From the NCBI GenBank assembly GCA_964512625.1, contig CAZEKG010000001.1, positions 127,652-191,651 of the forward strand: a stretch of 64,000 nucleotides of DNA, in the 5' to 3' direction. The stretch is from an uncultured Gammaproteobacteria bacterium (GTDB lineage: Bacteria > Patescibacteriota > Patescibacteriia > 2-01-FULL-39-33). The notes beneath the pieces are model-generated. The model was given only the letters and a program-made list of their open reading frames with translations, did not search any database and had not been told where the DNA came from. The position numbers and the translations under genes are program-made. Of this stretch, positions 9,976 through 19,021 are shown in pieces (position 1 is the stretch's first letter; each line of letters begins with the position of its first letter).

Positions 9976-10043
9976 GGTTAATGACAAAAATATTTAAAAT
10001 AAGATAAAAAATACCAGAAAATTACCAATTTATTAATGCAGGC

Positions 10044-10760
10044 TCATCTTATCCTTAACATATCAAAGAATATCTTACTAAAATCCCTTAATCTTAGCTT
10101 GCTATTATTTTCATTATGCCAATTAACCCCTATTTGTTTAATATCAATGCCGGCTTGGCCGTATAAGTAAAGCATTTCCACATCAAAAACCCAACCAGTT
10201 ACTTTTATTTTCGGAAAGATTTTCTTTGCCATCTCCGCTCGGAAAACCTTAAAGCCGCAACCGAAATCGCTGATATTCTTAAGCCCGGTAACAAGCCGGG
10301 AAAATAAAACATACGCCGAACCGACTTGGCGCCTTAGCCATCCTTGGGGCTTTATTAAGTTTGAAGTCTTTAATTTTCTTGAGCCGATGATAAGCTCATC
10401 GCCGGCGAGAATATTAGGAATAAACTTTTCAATCTCTCTAAGGGGCGTCGACATATCCGCATCCGCCATCAAGATATAATCCATACCGGCGAGAGAAACG
10501 CCGTACTTGATCGCCGAGCCCTTGCCTTGATTGATTTCATAGCCGGCTAAGCGACAATCGATCTCCGGATGAGCTTTTATAAAATCATTTATTTTTAAAA
10601 CCGTCTTGTCCGTACTACCGTCACTAACGAAGATGACTTCGAATTTATTGAATAATTGGGAGTTATAAAAGCTCAATATCTCATCAAAGGAAATATTTAT
10701 TCTCTTTTCTTCATTATAAACCGGAATTATTATGCTTAAGCCGAGAGATTCCATCTTCAT
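10044..10760 (-). CDS. family 2 glycosyltransferase (DPM1-like)
   Basis: IIIPVYNEE and DAD motifs of GT2. Confidence 0.8.
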   Translation of the reverse strand: MKMESLGLSIIIPVYNEEKRINISFDEILSFYNSQLFNKFEVIFVSDGSTDKTVLKINDFIKAHPEIDCRLAGYEINQGKGSAIKYGVSLAGMDYILMADADMSTPLREIEKFIPNILAGDELIIGSRKLKTSNLIKPQGWLRRQVGSAYVLFSRLVTGLKNISDFGCGFKVFRAEMAKKIFPKIKVTGWVFDVEMLYLYGQAGIDIKQIGVNWHNENNSKLRLRDFSKIFFDMLRIR

Positions 10761-10906
10761 ATCCTGCCCATAAATTCCATATCAAACCTTAAAGTAGTAT
10801 TTGAGCTAATCTTATCATTTAGATTAAACAAAAACAACCCAGGATGGGCTGTTTTTTGAAGTTATTAGCTCTTTAATAGAGTTTTCTATCTTTATTACCC
10901 TTACGC

Positions 10907-10935
10907 TTTACAATCACAACCTATTGTAATAATAT
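10907..10935 (+). promoter_or_regulatory. sigma70-like promoter TTTACA-17-TAATAT upstream of dut-dcd fusion
   Basis: Hexamers at 10907-10912 and 10930-10935. RBS AGAGAGG lies 7 nt before ATG. Confidence 0.5.
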
Positions 10936-10993
10936 GTAACCGTAGCGATTCCAAGCGTGTCCTTTATGTAAATACGAAAAGAGAGGTATTCTC

Positions 10994-12031
10994 ATGAAAA
11001 CGATTCAAGTAATTAGACTCTTCGAAGACGCCCAAACTCCGGTAAGAGCCAGTAACGGCGCGGTCGGTTTCGATGCTTTCGCCTACGGCGTGCTTGATGT
11101 GGAAACCAAGGAATACAAGGAAGGCGAGAGCTTGCCATTTACCCTCAATCCCGGCGAGAAGGTCCTCATCGGCATTGGCGTCGCTTTTGCCTGCCCCTGG
11201 CCGATCGAGTGCCAAGTAAGGCCAAGAAGCGGCTTAGCAAACAAGTACGGCATCGAACTAGGGAATTCTCCCGGCACCATCGATCCGGATTTCCGTGGCA
11301 ATGCGGGAGTATTACTTCGCAACCGCAGCGAGGATCCTTTCGTCATTACGAAGGGTATGCGAATCGCCCAGCTGGTCTTCGCGGAAGTTGAAATTCCAGT
11401 TTTCGAAGAAGTCGCAGTACTCCCAAAAACCCGCCGCGGCGCCGGAGGCTTCGGATCTACCGGCCTCCTACAGGTAATCGAGGGAACGGAAGAGTACCAA
11501 AGGCACCTTAATGAACAGGATACCTTCTATATGAGAATGGCCATCGCTGCCTCCGATCGCTCCAATTGCGTTCGCGGATGCCAAAAAGACAGCGACGGAC
11601 ATTACCGGCTTGACGAGAAAGGAAAGCTCATCGGACAAACGAGAAAGTTCGGTTGCGTGATCGTAAAAGGAGATAACGTCGTCTCCTTCGGCTATAACGC
11701 CCAAGCGCCCGGCCAGCCTTTGTGCTCGGAGGTAGGCTGCATGCGGGAAGATGAGGGCATTCCTTCCGGTTCAAGAATCGAACGATGCCGCGCCGTCCAT
11801 GCCGAAGAAATGGCTTTTTTGAAAATGCTGGCGAGCGGAGTGGCCGCCTCAACGATAGGCGCGACCATGTATGTTACCGCTGAGCCGTGCGAAGTCTGCG
11901 CTAAGTCCATTGCCGGCTCAGGCATAGACACGCTCGTCGTCCTCGAGGGAGTCTACCCTCAGAACGGCCTTCAAATCGTCAAAGACGCGGGCGTCAATGT
12001 GCGATTTGTAAGTAAAGAGGCTGTAGCCTAA
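10994..12031 (+). CDS. bifunctional fusion: N-terminal trimeric dUTPase + C-terminal zinc-dependent dCMP deaminase (ComEB/DCTD family)
   Basis: dUTPase motifs RSGLANKYGIELGNSPGTIDPDFRGN, GMRIAQLVF, RGAGGFGSTG. Deaminase motifs CSEVGC, HAEEMA, PCEVCAKSI. GC ~55% against a ~38% background. This is the only plus-strand gene among minus-strand neighbours. Confidence 0.85.
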   Translation: MKTIQVIRLFEDAQTPVRASNGAVGFDAFAYGVLDVETKEYKEGESLPFTLNPGEKVLIGIGVAFACPWPIECQVRPRSGLANKYGIELGNSPGTIDPDFRGNAGVLLRNRSEDPFVITKGMRIAQLVFAEVEIPVFEEVAVLPKTRRGAGGFGSTGLLQVIEGTEEYQRHLNEQDTFYMRMAIAASDRSNCVRGCQKDSDGHYRLDEKGKLIGQTRKFGCVIVKGDNVVSFGYNAQAPGQPLCSEVGCMREDEGIPSGSRIERCRAVHAEEMAFLKMLASGVAASTIGATMYVTAEPCEVCAKSIAGSGIDTLVVLEGVYPQNGLQIVKDAGVNVRFVSKEAVA

Positions 12032-12042
12032 ACAAAAACACA

Positions 12043-12072
12043 GGCGGAATCAAAAAATGATCCGCCTTTTTA
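12043..12072 (+). terminator. rho-independent terminator after dut-dcd fusion
   Basis: GGCGGA-N12-TCCGCC followed by TTTTT. Confidence 0.6.
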
Positions 12073-12121
12073 AATTGGTTTAAAAATGTAAACAACCCTA
12101 TCCTATTTCTATTTAATAAAT

Positions 12122-12739
12122 TTAACTATTTTTCAAATTATCAACCAATTCAAGAAATTCTTCTTGCGTAAAATGACCGCGATCCTCAAAAGACACTAGG
12201 ATTGAAGACGGGATGTCTCTTTTATACTTTTCAACATCAGCAAATGGCACTGAAGGATCATCTTTACTTTGGTAAAGAAAAATTTTATCAGTCTTTTTTA
12301 CTAAATCGCTAACCTTATCGGTGAGAGCAAAATCCCCCAAAGATTCCTTACACACCTCAGTATTATAGGGGGCGGCAACTAAATGAATAGATTTAATTTT
12401 TTTCGGAAAAATGCTCTCCGTTAAATACTTTGCGAGAAATATTCCTCCAAGGGAGTGGCCAACCAGTGTTACTTCATTAGTGAGTAGCGGAAATAATTTC
12501 TCAAACCAAATTTTCCATTCTAAATATTTAGCATTTTTAGGGTTAGGCATTCTGGGATAAATAACCTCGAATTCCGACAACTTCAACTTTAAATTATCTT
12601 TCCAATCTTTATAGTTTATCTTTTCCATGGTAAGCTCAGATGACTTTAGATATTCCATATAATCTTCATAAGTATCGAAAGTTGATCCGCCATGAATTAC
12701 AACAATCTGTTTTTTCATATAATAAATTCTTAAATTCAA
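12122..12739 (-). CDS. small alpha/beta hydrolase (YdeN/RBBP9-like serine hydrolase)
   Basis: GHSLGG nucleophile motif; about 200 aa. Confidence 0.6.
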   Translation of the reverse strand: MNLRIYYMKKQIVVIHGGSTFDTYEDYMEYLKSSELTMEKINYKDWKDNLKLKLSEFEVIYPRMPNPKNAKYLEWKIWFEKLFPLLTNEVTLVGHSLGGIFLAKYLTESIFPKKIKSIHLVAAPYNTEVCKESLGDFALTDKVSDLVKKTDKIFLYQSKDDPSVPFADVEKYKRDIPSSILVSFEDRGHFTQEEFLELVDNLKNS

Positions 12740-12740
12740 T

Positions 12741-13241
12741 CTAACTAATGCTTTCTTTTATACTTTCCGCCAAGGCTTGCAATTTCTCCGACGCAACCAT
12801 CGGTCCGCTAGCCGAAGAGATATAGCCCTCGTATTTATCAAACCAAAATTCTTTACCACTAACCGCCTGCTGCCAGACGCCTTCTTTTAAATATCCCGTT
12901 CCATGCATCGGCACTAATTTTATATGCGCATGATCAATACCCATTCCTTCCATAATCAAACCGACTCGCCCGACATCGGAAAAATAATTCTCCAAGATGC
13001 TAGCCACCTTCTTCGACGCTAAAATGAACCTTTGAAGAACATCATCGGGCATCTTAAGCACATCGCTGCCGAAATGTTGCTTAGGAATTACACAACTGAA
13101 ACCTTCGGTATTAGGGTCGATCGCCAGCCAGGCCATGAATTCATCATCCTGCCAAAAATAGCCCGGCGTCTTGATATTTCCGGCGACGATTTCGCAAAAA
13201 ATGCACTTATCGTCTTTTGTTCTCGCGTCGTATCCCGACAT
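12741..13241 (-). CDS. HIT (histidine triad) family hydrolase
   Basis: CIFCEI N-terminal motif and HAHIKLVPMHG histidine triad. One-nt gap to the downstream hydrolase. Confidence 0.75.
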   Translation of the reverse strand: MSGYDARTKDDKCIFCEIVAGNIKTPGYFWQDDEFMAWLAIDPNTEGFSCVIPKQHFGSDVLKMPDDVLQRFILASKKVASILENYFSDVGRVGLIMEGMGIDHAHIKLVPMHGTGYLKEGVWQQAVSGKEFWFDKYEGYISSASGPMVASEKLQALAESIKESIS

Positions 13242-13272
13242 ATAATTGAATGATTATTTATGAAATAAAAAA

Positions 13273-13923
13273 TCAGCTGTTTTTCTTTTTAAGCTCTTTG
13301 ATTTCCGCCTTAAGCTCCGCCATCTTAAGCTCTCGGCCAGTCATATATTGATTCATTTTCTCTAATTCTTTAATTTTTTCAACCAACTGCAACTGAGTTT
13401 CGCGCTGGGTAATTATATTCTCTAATGAGTTAGCGAAAATTTGGATTCTGCGGACATCTTCCTGGGTATAATCTGATTCCTTATTACCAACACCGAAGAT
13501 AACTTTAACTTTGCCATTTTGAATCACCGGTATGCTCATAAACCTAGTTAAAGGCACATGACCCGATGGCAATCCTTTTTGATTAGGTGATTTAGGAAAA
13601 TCATTATAGATAACTGGTTTCTTTTGCCTGACGCAATCAACCCAATTGCCGGCCTTTTCTAAAGGATAGTGTCCTTCCGTCGGCCGTTTGCAATTCTTTA
13701 AAGCTTCTTTATTCCAAGTAGTCAAATGAATCATTTTTTCATCATCGGAAATTAAATGAAAAAAACCAATCTTACTAGAAGTTAATAAGACTATCTTATC
13801 CAATACAAAATCATACAGCTCCTTGTCGGCCATACCTAAAAACTTTTCAAATAATTCAACTAGCGCCATTTCCAAACTAGTCGATTGCTGGGATGACACA
13901 CTATTTTCCTTAGTATTAGTCAT
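13273..13923 (-). CDS. GAF domain protein with C-terminal coiled coil
   Basis: GAF-like core followed by a K/E-rich heptad C-terminus. Confidence 0.55.
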   Translation of the reverse strand: MTNTKENSVSSQQSTSLEMALVELFEKFLGMADKELYDFVLDKIVLLTSSKIGFFHLISDDEKMIHLTTWNKEALKNCKRPTEGHYPLEKAGNWVDCVRQKKPVIYNDFPKSPNQKGLPSGHVPLTRFMSIPVIQNGKVKVIFGVGNKESDYTQEDVRRIQIFANSLENIITQRETQLQLVEKIKELEKMNQYMTGRELKMAELKAEIKELKKKNS

Positions 13924-14009
13924 AATATTATTGATTAGTTTAATGAGTCAATTATACTACTGCATCGAAAATTATTCAATTTTTTTACTATAGGAAAAGC
14001 CTGTTTGCC

Positions 14010-14095
14010 GGTAGACAGGGACTTTCGACAGAAATCGCCAGCAGAAACTAGCGATTTCTTCTGACCCGTTCGAGTCCCACTTTCCCACGGAAAGT
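14010..14095. other. structured non-coding segment: tRNA 3'-half-like fragment (GTTCGAGTCCC) plus two hairpins
   Basis: Plus-strand GTTCGAGTCCC at ~14060-14070 matches the T-loop/stem of the adjacent tRNA-Gln in inverse orientation. Hairpins GAAATCGC-N12-GCGATTTC (14031-14059) and ACTTTCC-CAC-GGAAAGT (14073-14089). It does not fold as a complete tRNA. Confidence 0.3.
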
Positions 14096-14135
14096 AAAAA
14101 TAAATACAGCCCTAGCTAGGGCTGTATTTATTTTT
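14096..14135 (-). terminator. bidirectional rho-independent terminator downstream of tRNA-Gln
   Basis: Perfect hairpin AAATACAGCCC-TAGCTA-GGGCTGTATTT flanked by A- and T-runs. Confidence 0.65.
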
Positions 14136-14140
14136 ATCAT

Positions 14141-14211
14141 CTGCGGGACAGGGACTCGAACCCCGATAACACCCTCCAGAGGGGCGTGTCCTACCATTAG
14201 ACGATCCCGCA
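14141..14211 (-). tRNA. tRNA-Gln (anticodon CTG)
   Basis: Manual cloverleaf: acceptor TGCGGGA/TCCCGCA (U1-A72, G73, typical of bacterial tRNA-Gln), D-arm GTCT/GGAC, anticodon loop CTCTGGA, T-arm CGGGG-TTCGAGT-CCCTG. Confidence 0.8.
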
Positions 14212-14327
14212 ATACTTACACTTCGGCAATTAAGCCAATTAAGAAGCTAGAAAATCAAATGCTTCTCAATAATAACAGATTTAGTTGGTCTTTTCAAGTC
14301 TTTTATCTTAATTATCCCCACGCGCTA

Positions 14328-14356
14328 TTGACTTATTCCCCAAAATATGCTAAGAT
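14328..14356 (+). promoter_or_regulatory. sigma70-like promoter TTGACT-17-TAAGAT for RRM protein gene (long leader)
   Basis: Hexamers at 14328-14333 and 14351-14356. This implies a ~110-nt GC-rich 5' UTR. Confidence 0.45.
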
Positions 14357-14472
14357 TAAAACATATCTGAAGGTGCTTAATTAGGTGCGTGGCTGGAGCG
14401 TGCTCAAAAGCCGGCCGAAATAAGAACAAAAGGTCCGCCAACAGATAAGAATAAAAACACAAGAAAATTTCC

Positions 14473-14757
14473 ATGAACAACAAACTTTATGTTGGCGGAA
14501 TTTCTTACGACACCAAAGACGAAGGTTTGAAAGAATTCTTCGCTCAAGCCGGAAACGTTTTATCAGCTCAAATTATTGTTGATAGAGCTACCGGCCGATC
14601 AAAGGGTTTCGGTTTTGTCGAAATGTCATCTGACGCAGAAGCTGAAAATGCTATTGCTATGTTAGACGGTAAAGAACTTGACGGACGAAGATTGTCTGTT
14701 AAAGAAGCTAGACCAAAAGAAGACAAGCCAAAATTCAGAGGCGGTTTCCGTAATTAA
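14473..14757 (+). CDS. RRM-domain RNA-binding protein with Gly/Arg tail
   Basis: RNP2 (LYVGGI) and RNP1 (KGFGFVEM) motifs; C-terminal RGGFRN. Confidence 0.85.
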   Translation: MNNKLYVGGISYDTKDEGLKEFFAQAGNVLSAQIIVDRATGRSKGFGFVEMSSDAEAENAIAMLDGKELDGRRLSVKEARPKEDKPKFRGGFRN

Positions 14758-14820
14758 ATTCTCAAAACAAAAATCTCCCTTAACCGGGAGATTTTTGTTT
14801 TGTCTGACTATTATGATTGT

Positions 14821-16614
14821 CTAGGATTTTTTAGATGAACGAGCAAGCTTTATCCTATCATTTTCCGTTAAAAGCTGTTTTCTTAATCTTATCGATTTCG
14901 GAGTAATTTCTAAATATTCATCTTCCGCCATAATTTCCATGCCTCGTTCCAAGGTAATTTCCAAAGGCGGAGTTAAGCGGATTGTATCGTCTGATCCGGA
15001 AGCACGCATATTAGTTAAATTTTTACCTTTGATCGGATTAACCGTCATATCATTACCCTTCGCCACATTGCCGATAACCATACCCTGGTAAACCTCTTCG
15101 TTAGCCTTGATGTACAAGACGCCACGAGTTTGAAGATTATCTAAGGCGTAAGCCAAAGCCTTACCGGTTTCCATGGAAATCATCGAGCCGACATCGCGCT
15201 TCTCAATCGCGCCAACATAATCCTTAAAGCCGATAACGCGGGTATATAGAATCCCCTCGCCTCGTGTATCAACAATGAATTCACTTCGATAACCTAAAAG
15301 TCCGCGAGTTGGGATTTCGAAAATCATTCTCGTATGAATGCCTTCCGGCTTCATTTCCTGAAGAGAACCTTTGCGGCGAGATAATTTATCAATAACTGTT
15401 CCGGACATTTCCGCCGGCACATCAACAATAACTTCCTCAAAAGGCTCAAACTTCTTACCGTTTTCCTCTTTAATAATTACCTGAGGCTGAGAAACTTGAA
15501 CCTCATAACCCTCTCTTCTCATATTCTCAAGCAAAATCGCAATGTGCAATTCTCCTCGGCCATAAACTTTATAAAATTCGGATGAATCAAAATCGATCTT
15601 CAGGCCCACATTAATTTCTAATTCCTTTTGTAATCTTTCTTTTATTTGTTTACTAGTAACAAACTTGCCTTCGCGTCCAGCAAAAGGCGAACTATTAACT
15701 AAAAAATTAAGAGAAATAGTCGGCTCATCAATCGTAATAGCAGGTAAAGCTTCCTGATCGGCATTAGCGCAAATAGTCTCACCAATAAAAATATCAGGGA
15801 GTCCAGCGATTAAAACAACATCTCCAGCTAGGGCTTCAGTAACTTCATTCCTTTGAAGGCCGTGAAAAGTGAAAAGTTTTGAAATTCTGCCGTTTCTTGT
15901 TTCGCCGGTCGGCTTCTTAACAATAACTTGATCGCCTACTTTTATCTTGCCTTCGTAAATCCTACCGATGGCCATACGGCCGAGAAAATCATCATAAGCA
16001 AGATTAAAAGGCTGTAAGCGAAGAGGTAAACTACTATCATTTTTGGCTGGATGAACTTTAGCAATAATAGTTTCTAAAAGAGGCGTCATATCGCTATCCT
16101 CATCATCAAGACTAAGCTTCGTCTTACCCTCTCTAGCGATAGCATAAACAACCGGAAAATCCAATTGCTCGTCCGAAGCTCCAAGATCAAGAAATAACTC
16201 ATAAACTTCTTCAAGAGTTATATCAGGTTGAGCAGCCGGCTTATCGATTTTATTTAAGACTAAAATCGCCTTAAGGCCAAGCTCCAAGGATTTCTTTAAA
16301 ACAAACTTCGTTTGAGGCATAGGACCTTCCTGAGCATCAACCACAAGAACAACTGCATCAATGGAACGCAAAACGCGTTCTACCTCGGAACCGAAATCGG
16401 CATGGCCGGGAGTATCGACAATATTTATTTTCGTCCCTTTATAATCGATTGAACCGTTCTTAGAATAGATAGTAATGCCTCTTTCCTTTTCTAAGTCATT
16501 AGTATCCATACTAAAATCATCCTTAACCATACCCGTTTGTTTAAGGATAGCGTCCGTTAGGGCGGTCTTACCATGATCAACGTGAGCAATAATAGCGATG
16601 TTTCTGATTTCCAT
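14821..16614 (-). CDS. typA: translational GTPase TypA/BipA
   Basis: AHVDHGKT G1, DTPGH G3, NKID G4; ~600 aa with BipA C-terminal domain. Confidence 0.9.
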   Translation of the reverse strand: MEIRNIAIIAHVDHGKTALTDAILKQTGMVKDDFSMDTNDLEKERGITIYSKNGSIDYKGTKINIVDTPGHADFGSEVERVLRSIDAVVLVVDAQEGPMPQTKFVLKKSLELGLKAILVLNKIDKPAAQPDITLEEVYELFLDLGASDEQLDFPVVYAIAREGKTKLSLDDEDSDMTPLLETIIAKVHPAKNDSSLPLRLQPFNLAYDDFLGRMAIGRIYEGKIKVGDQVIVKKPTGETRNGRISKLFTFHGLQRNEVTEALAGDVVLIAGLPDIFIGETICANADQEALPAITIDEPTISLNFLVNSSPFAGREGKFVTSKQIKERLQKELEINVGLKIDFDSSEFYKVYGRGELHIAILLENMRREGYEVQVSQPQVIIKEENGKKFEPFEEVIVDVPAEMSGTVIDKLSRRKGSLQEMKPEGIHTRMIFEIPTRGLLGYRSEFIVDTRGEGILYTRVIGFKDYVGAIEKRDVGSMISMETGKALAYALDNLQTRGVLYIKANEEVYQGMVIGNVAKGNDMTVNPIKGKNLTNMRASGSDDTIRLTPPLEITLERGMEIMAEDEYLEITPKSIRLRKQLLTENDRIKLARSSKKS

Positions 16615-16784
16615 TTAATCGTTTAATTAGTCGTTAAAACTTGTTTAGTATATCATTTGATGAGAAAAATGTCAATTTAGGGAACTATTTAATCTTGAAA
16701 AGGGCTCATAATCACCTAAAACAGAGCCTCCGGATAAAGCTTTTCTTTATTAAGGCCAATTTGCTATAATATAAGCAATAATAT

Positions 16785-17453
16785 ATGAATCGAAAAATCA
16801 AGGTCAGCTTGATTATCCCGGCCCATAACGAAGCGGACAATATCGGCCGAGTCCTAGCTGTCGCTCAAAAAATCAAAGAAATTGACGAAATAATCGTTAT
16901 CGCTGACGCCTGTACCGACGACACTTTTCGAGTCGCTTACGGATTTGGGGTTGATGTCTATAATAAAGAAACGACTCTCGGCAAAGGCGACGCCATGATC
17001 TTTGGATTTAATAAATCGCGGGGCGAAATAATTATGTTCGCTGATGCCGACCTAGAGAATCTAACCAGCGACCATCTTCGAAAAGTCCTTAATCCAGTCT
17101 TAAAAGAGGGTTATGATTTATCAATTGGCTTAAGAGATCGTATCTTCGGCCTTGGCGCCATTATCCCGAAAATCTACCCAACCTACGCCATTGGAGGCGA
17201 AAGAGCTATGAAGCGTGATTTTTTCCTTAAAGTGATTAAAAACGATTATTCCCACGACTTCGGAATCGAAACCGTTATGAATTACTACGCTAAAAAAATG
17301 AATTTAAAAGTCGCAACACCAATCTTAAAGAACCTCCATCAAGTCATTAAAGAAAAGAAGTGGGGTTTTTGGCAAGGGCTCAATTCCCGTTTCGATCTTA
17401 TGCGTCAAGTCCTAAGAGCGAGAAAGGCAATGAAAAAAATAACCGAACTATGA
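16785..17453 (+). CDS. family 2 glycosyltransferase
   Basis: SLIIPAHNE...DAD motifs. Confidence 0.75.
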   Translation: MNRKIKVSLIIPAHNEADNIGRVLAVAQKIKEIDEIIVIADACTDDTFRVAYGFGVDVYNKETTLGKGDAMIFGFNKSRGEIIMFADADLENLTSDHLRKVLNPVLKEGYDLSIGLRDRIFGLGAIIPKIYPTYAIGGERAMKRDFFLKVIKNDYSHDFGIETVMNYYAKKMNLKVATPILKNLHQVIKEKKWGFWQGLNSRFDLMRQVLRARKAMKKITEL

Positions 17454-18295
17454 AAATAAAAGAAGCGCTTAAATCCGGATATGAAAAATTAAAAATAAAA
17501 AAAATAACTTCGGCGCATCTTGACGCGGAAGTTTTATTGTCTTTCGCGATCAATAAAAGCAAGGAATTCCTCTATACCTATCCAGAGAAAGAATTAAGCT
17601 TAATACAAAAGAATAAATTCCAAAACTTAATCAGGCAGCGCTCGAAAAATATCCCGATCGCCTATCTTATAAATCATAAATTTTTCTACGGCTTGGATTT
17701 TTTCATTGACAAGAATGTTTTAATTCCCCGAACGGAAACGGAAACGTTAATTGAGACTGCCCTAAAAACCATTGCCGAGATGAAACTTAAAAGTCTTTTA
17801 GACCTGGGAACCGGCAGCGGCGCTATCGCTATCGCCATAAAAAAACAATGCCCGAAGATAAAAGCCGGCGCCGGCGACCTTAGTCTTGAGGCGCTTAAGA
17901 CTGCCAAGAAAAATAGCAGGGTTCTGAAAGCGGATGTCCTAATTAAAAAAGGTGACTTTAAAGAATTGCTTCGTAAGATTCCGGCGGAATTAATTATTTC
18001 CAATCCCCCTTACATCGATATTAAAAAGAAAAAAGAAACGATAAAAAGATGCCCGGACTTAAAATACGAACCTGCTTCCGCCTTATTCGCGAAAAATCAA
18101 GGCTTAGAATTTTATGAGTTAATTATTAAGGAAATCGCCGAATTAAAGACCTTGCCTAGAGCCATTATTTTCGAAATCGGCGATACTCAGGCTAAAAAAA
18201 TATCTAAACTGACTAAGGAATATCTCCCGAGGGCCGAGATAAAAATAATTAAGGATTTAGCCGGCAAAGATAGAGTTATGGAAATAAAATTATAA
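17450..18295 (+). CDS. prmC: release factor glutamine N5-methyltransferase PrmC/HemK
   Basis: NPPY motif (ISNPPYI) and SAM-binding GTGSG. The start was reset to the ATG that overlaps the upstream TGA (ATGA); the track ORF begins at an upstream alternative start. Confidence 0.8.
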   Translation: MKIKEALKSGYEKLKIKKITSAHLDAEVLLSFAINKSKEFLYTYPEKELSLIQKNKFQNLIRQRSKNIPIAYLINHKFFYGLDFFIDKNVLIPRTETETLIETALKTIAEMKLKSLLDLGTGSGAIAIAIKKQCPKIKAGAGDLSLEALKTAKKNSRVLKADVLIKKGDFKELLRKIPAELIISNPPYIDIKKKKETIKRCPDLKYEPASALFAKNQGLEFYELIIKEIAELKTLPRAIIFEIGDTQAKKISKLTKEYLPRAEIKIIKDLAGKDRVMEIKL

Positions 18296-18304
18296 TCAAT
18301 GCGC

Positions 18305-18336
18305 AAAAAGAGCTTGGATAAACCAAGCTCTTTTTT
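18305..18336. terminator. bidirectional terminator between prmC and rplY
   Basis: AAAAAGAGCTTGG-ATAAA-CCAAGCTCTTTTTT. Confidence 0.65.
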
Positions 18337-18367
18337 ATGTATAGCGATTAAGATCACAAAAATACTA

Positions 18368-18994
18368 TTATTTCTTTTCTTCTTCTTTCTTAACTTCAGC
18401 CTCAACTGGAGCAGCTTCAACCGGAGCCTCTTCTTCGTGTTTAGGCTTAACCATCAAACAAACAACATCATCATCTTCATGACCGGTAATCTCAACGCCC
18501 TTAGGCAACTTAAGATCCTTAATAGCGATAACATCATCAAAATCGTTCAAGACGGAAATATCAACTTCGATTTCATGGATTAAGTCGCCAGGCAAGCATC
18601 TTATTTCAACTTCCGAGATGCTATGAACTAAGGATCCGCCTTCTTCTTTTATTAATCTTGAATCGCCGACAAAATTAATAGGGATATTAGCATTAATTTC
18701 CTCATCCATCTTAATCTCGTGAAAATCAACATGAATGATCCTATTTTTAACCGGATCTCTTTGGATATCAGCAACAATAGTTTTAACTGTCTTGCCGCCA
18801 TCAATCTTTAAATCGATGATCGTACTTTCTCCCGCTTCGGAAAAAATCTTTTCAAATTCGCTGTAAGAAACTGATAAGTTCTCATTCTTTACTTTATTGC
18901 CGTAAAGCACAGCCGGGATTAAATCCTGCTTTCTAAGTTGAAAAATCTTTTTTCCAACTAGCTCTCGCCCTTTAGCTTCCAATTTTAAAGTCAT
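18368..18994 (-). CDS. rplY: 50S ribosomal protein L25 (general stress protein Ctc form)
   Basis: N-terminal L25 fold (LKLEAKGRELVGKK...PAVLYG) with a C-terminal acidic/Lys extension. Confidence 0.85.
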   Translation of the reverse strand: MTLKLEAKGRELVGKKIFQLRKQDLIPAVLYGNKVKNENLSVSYSEFEKIFSEAGESTIIDLKIDGGKTVKTIVADIQRDPVKNRIIHVDFHEIKMDEEINANIPINFVGDSRLIKEEGGSLVHSISEVEIRCLPGDLIHEIEVDISVLNDFDDVIAIKDLKLPKGVEITGHEDDDVVCLMVKPKHEEEAPVEAAPVEAEVKKEEEKK

Positions 18995-19021
18995 GGTGTT
19001 TTTAATTTATTTCTTATTTTC

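Noticed and set aside
11083-11931. Five short track ORFs overlapping the dut-dcd fusion on either strand
   Set aside because: All are embedded in a gene with unambiguous conserved motifs. Typical GC-rich spurious frames.
14010-14095. Attempt to fold the tRNA-like fragment as a complete tRNA (including a tRNA-Sec-like 8/5 form)
   Set aside because: The T-stem partners do not pair (ACCCG versus CCCAC) and no acceptor-stem complement (TGGGAAA) exists upstream. Kept only as a fragment or sRNA candidate.
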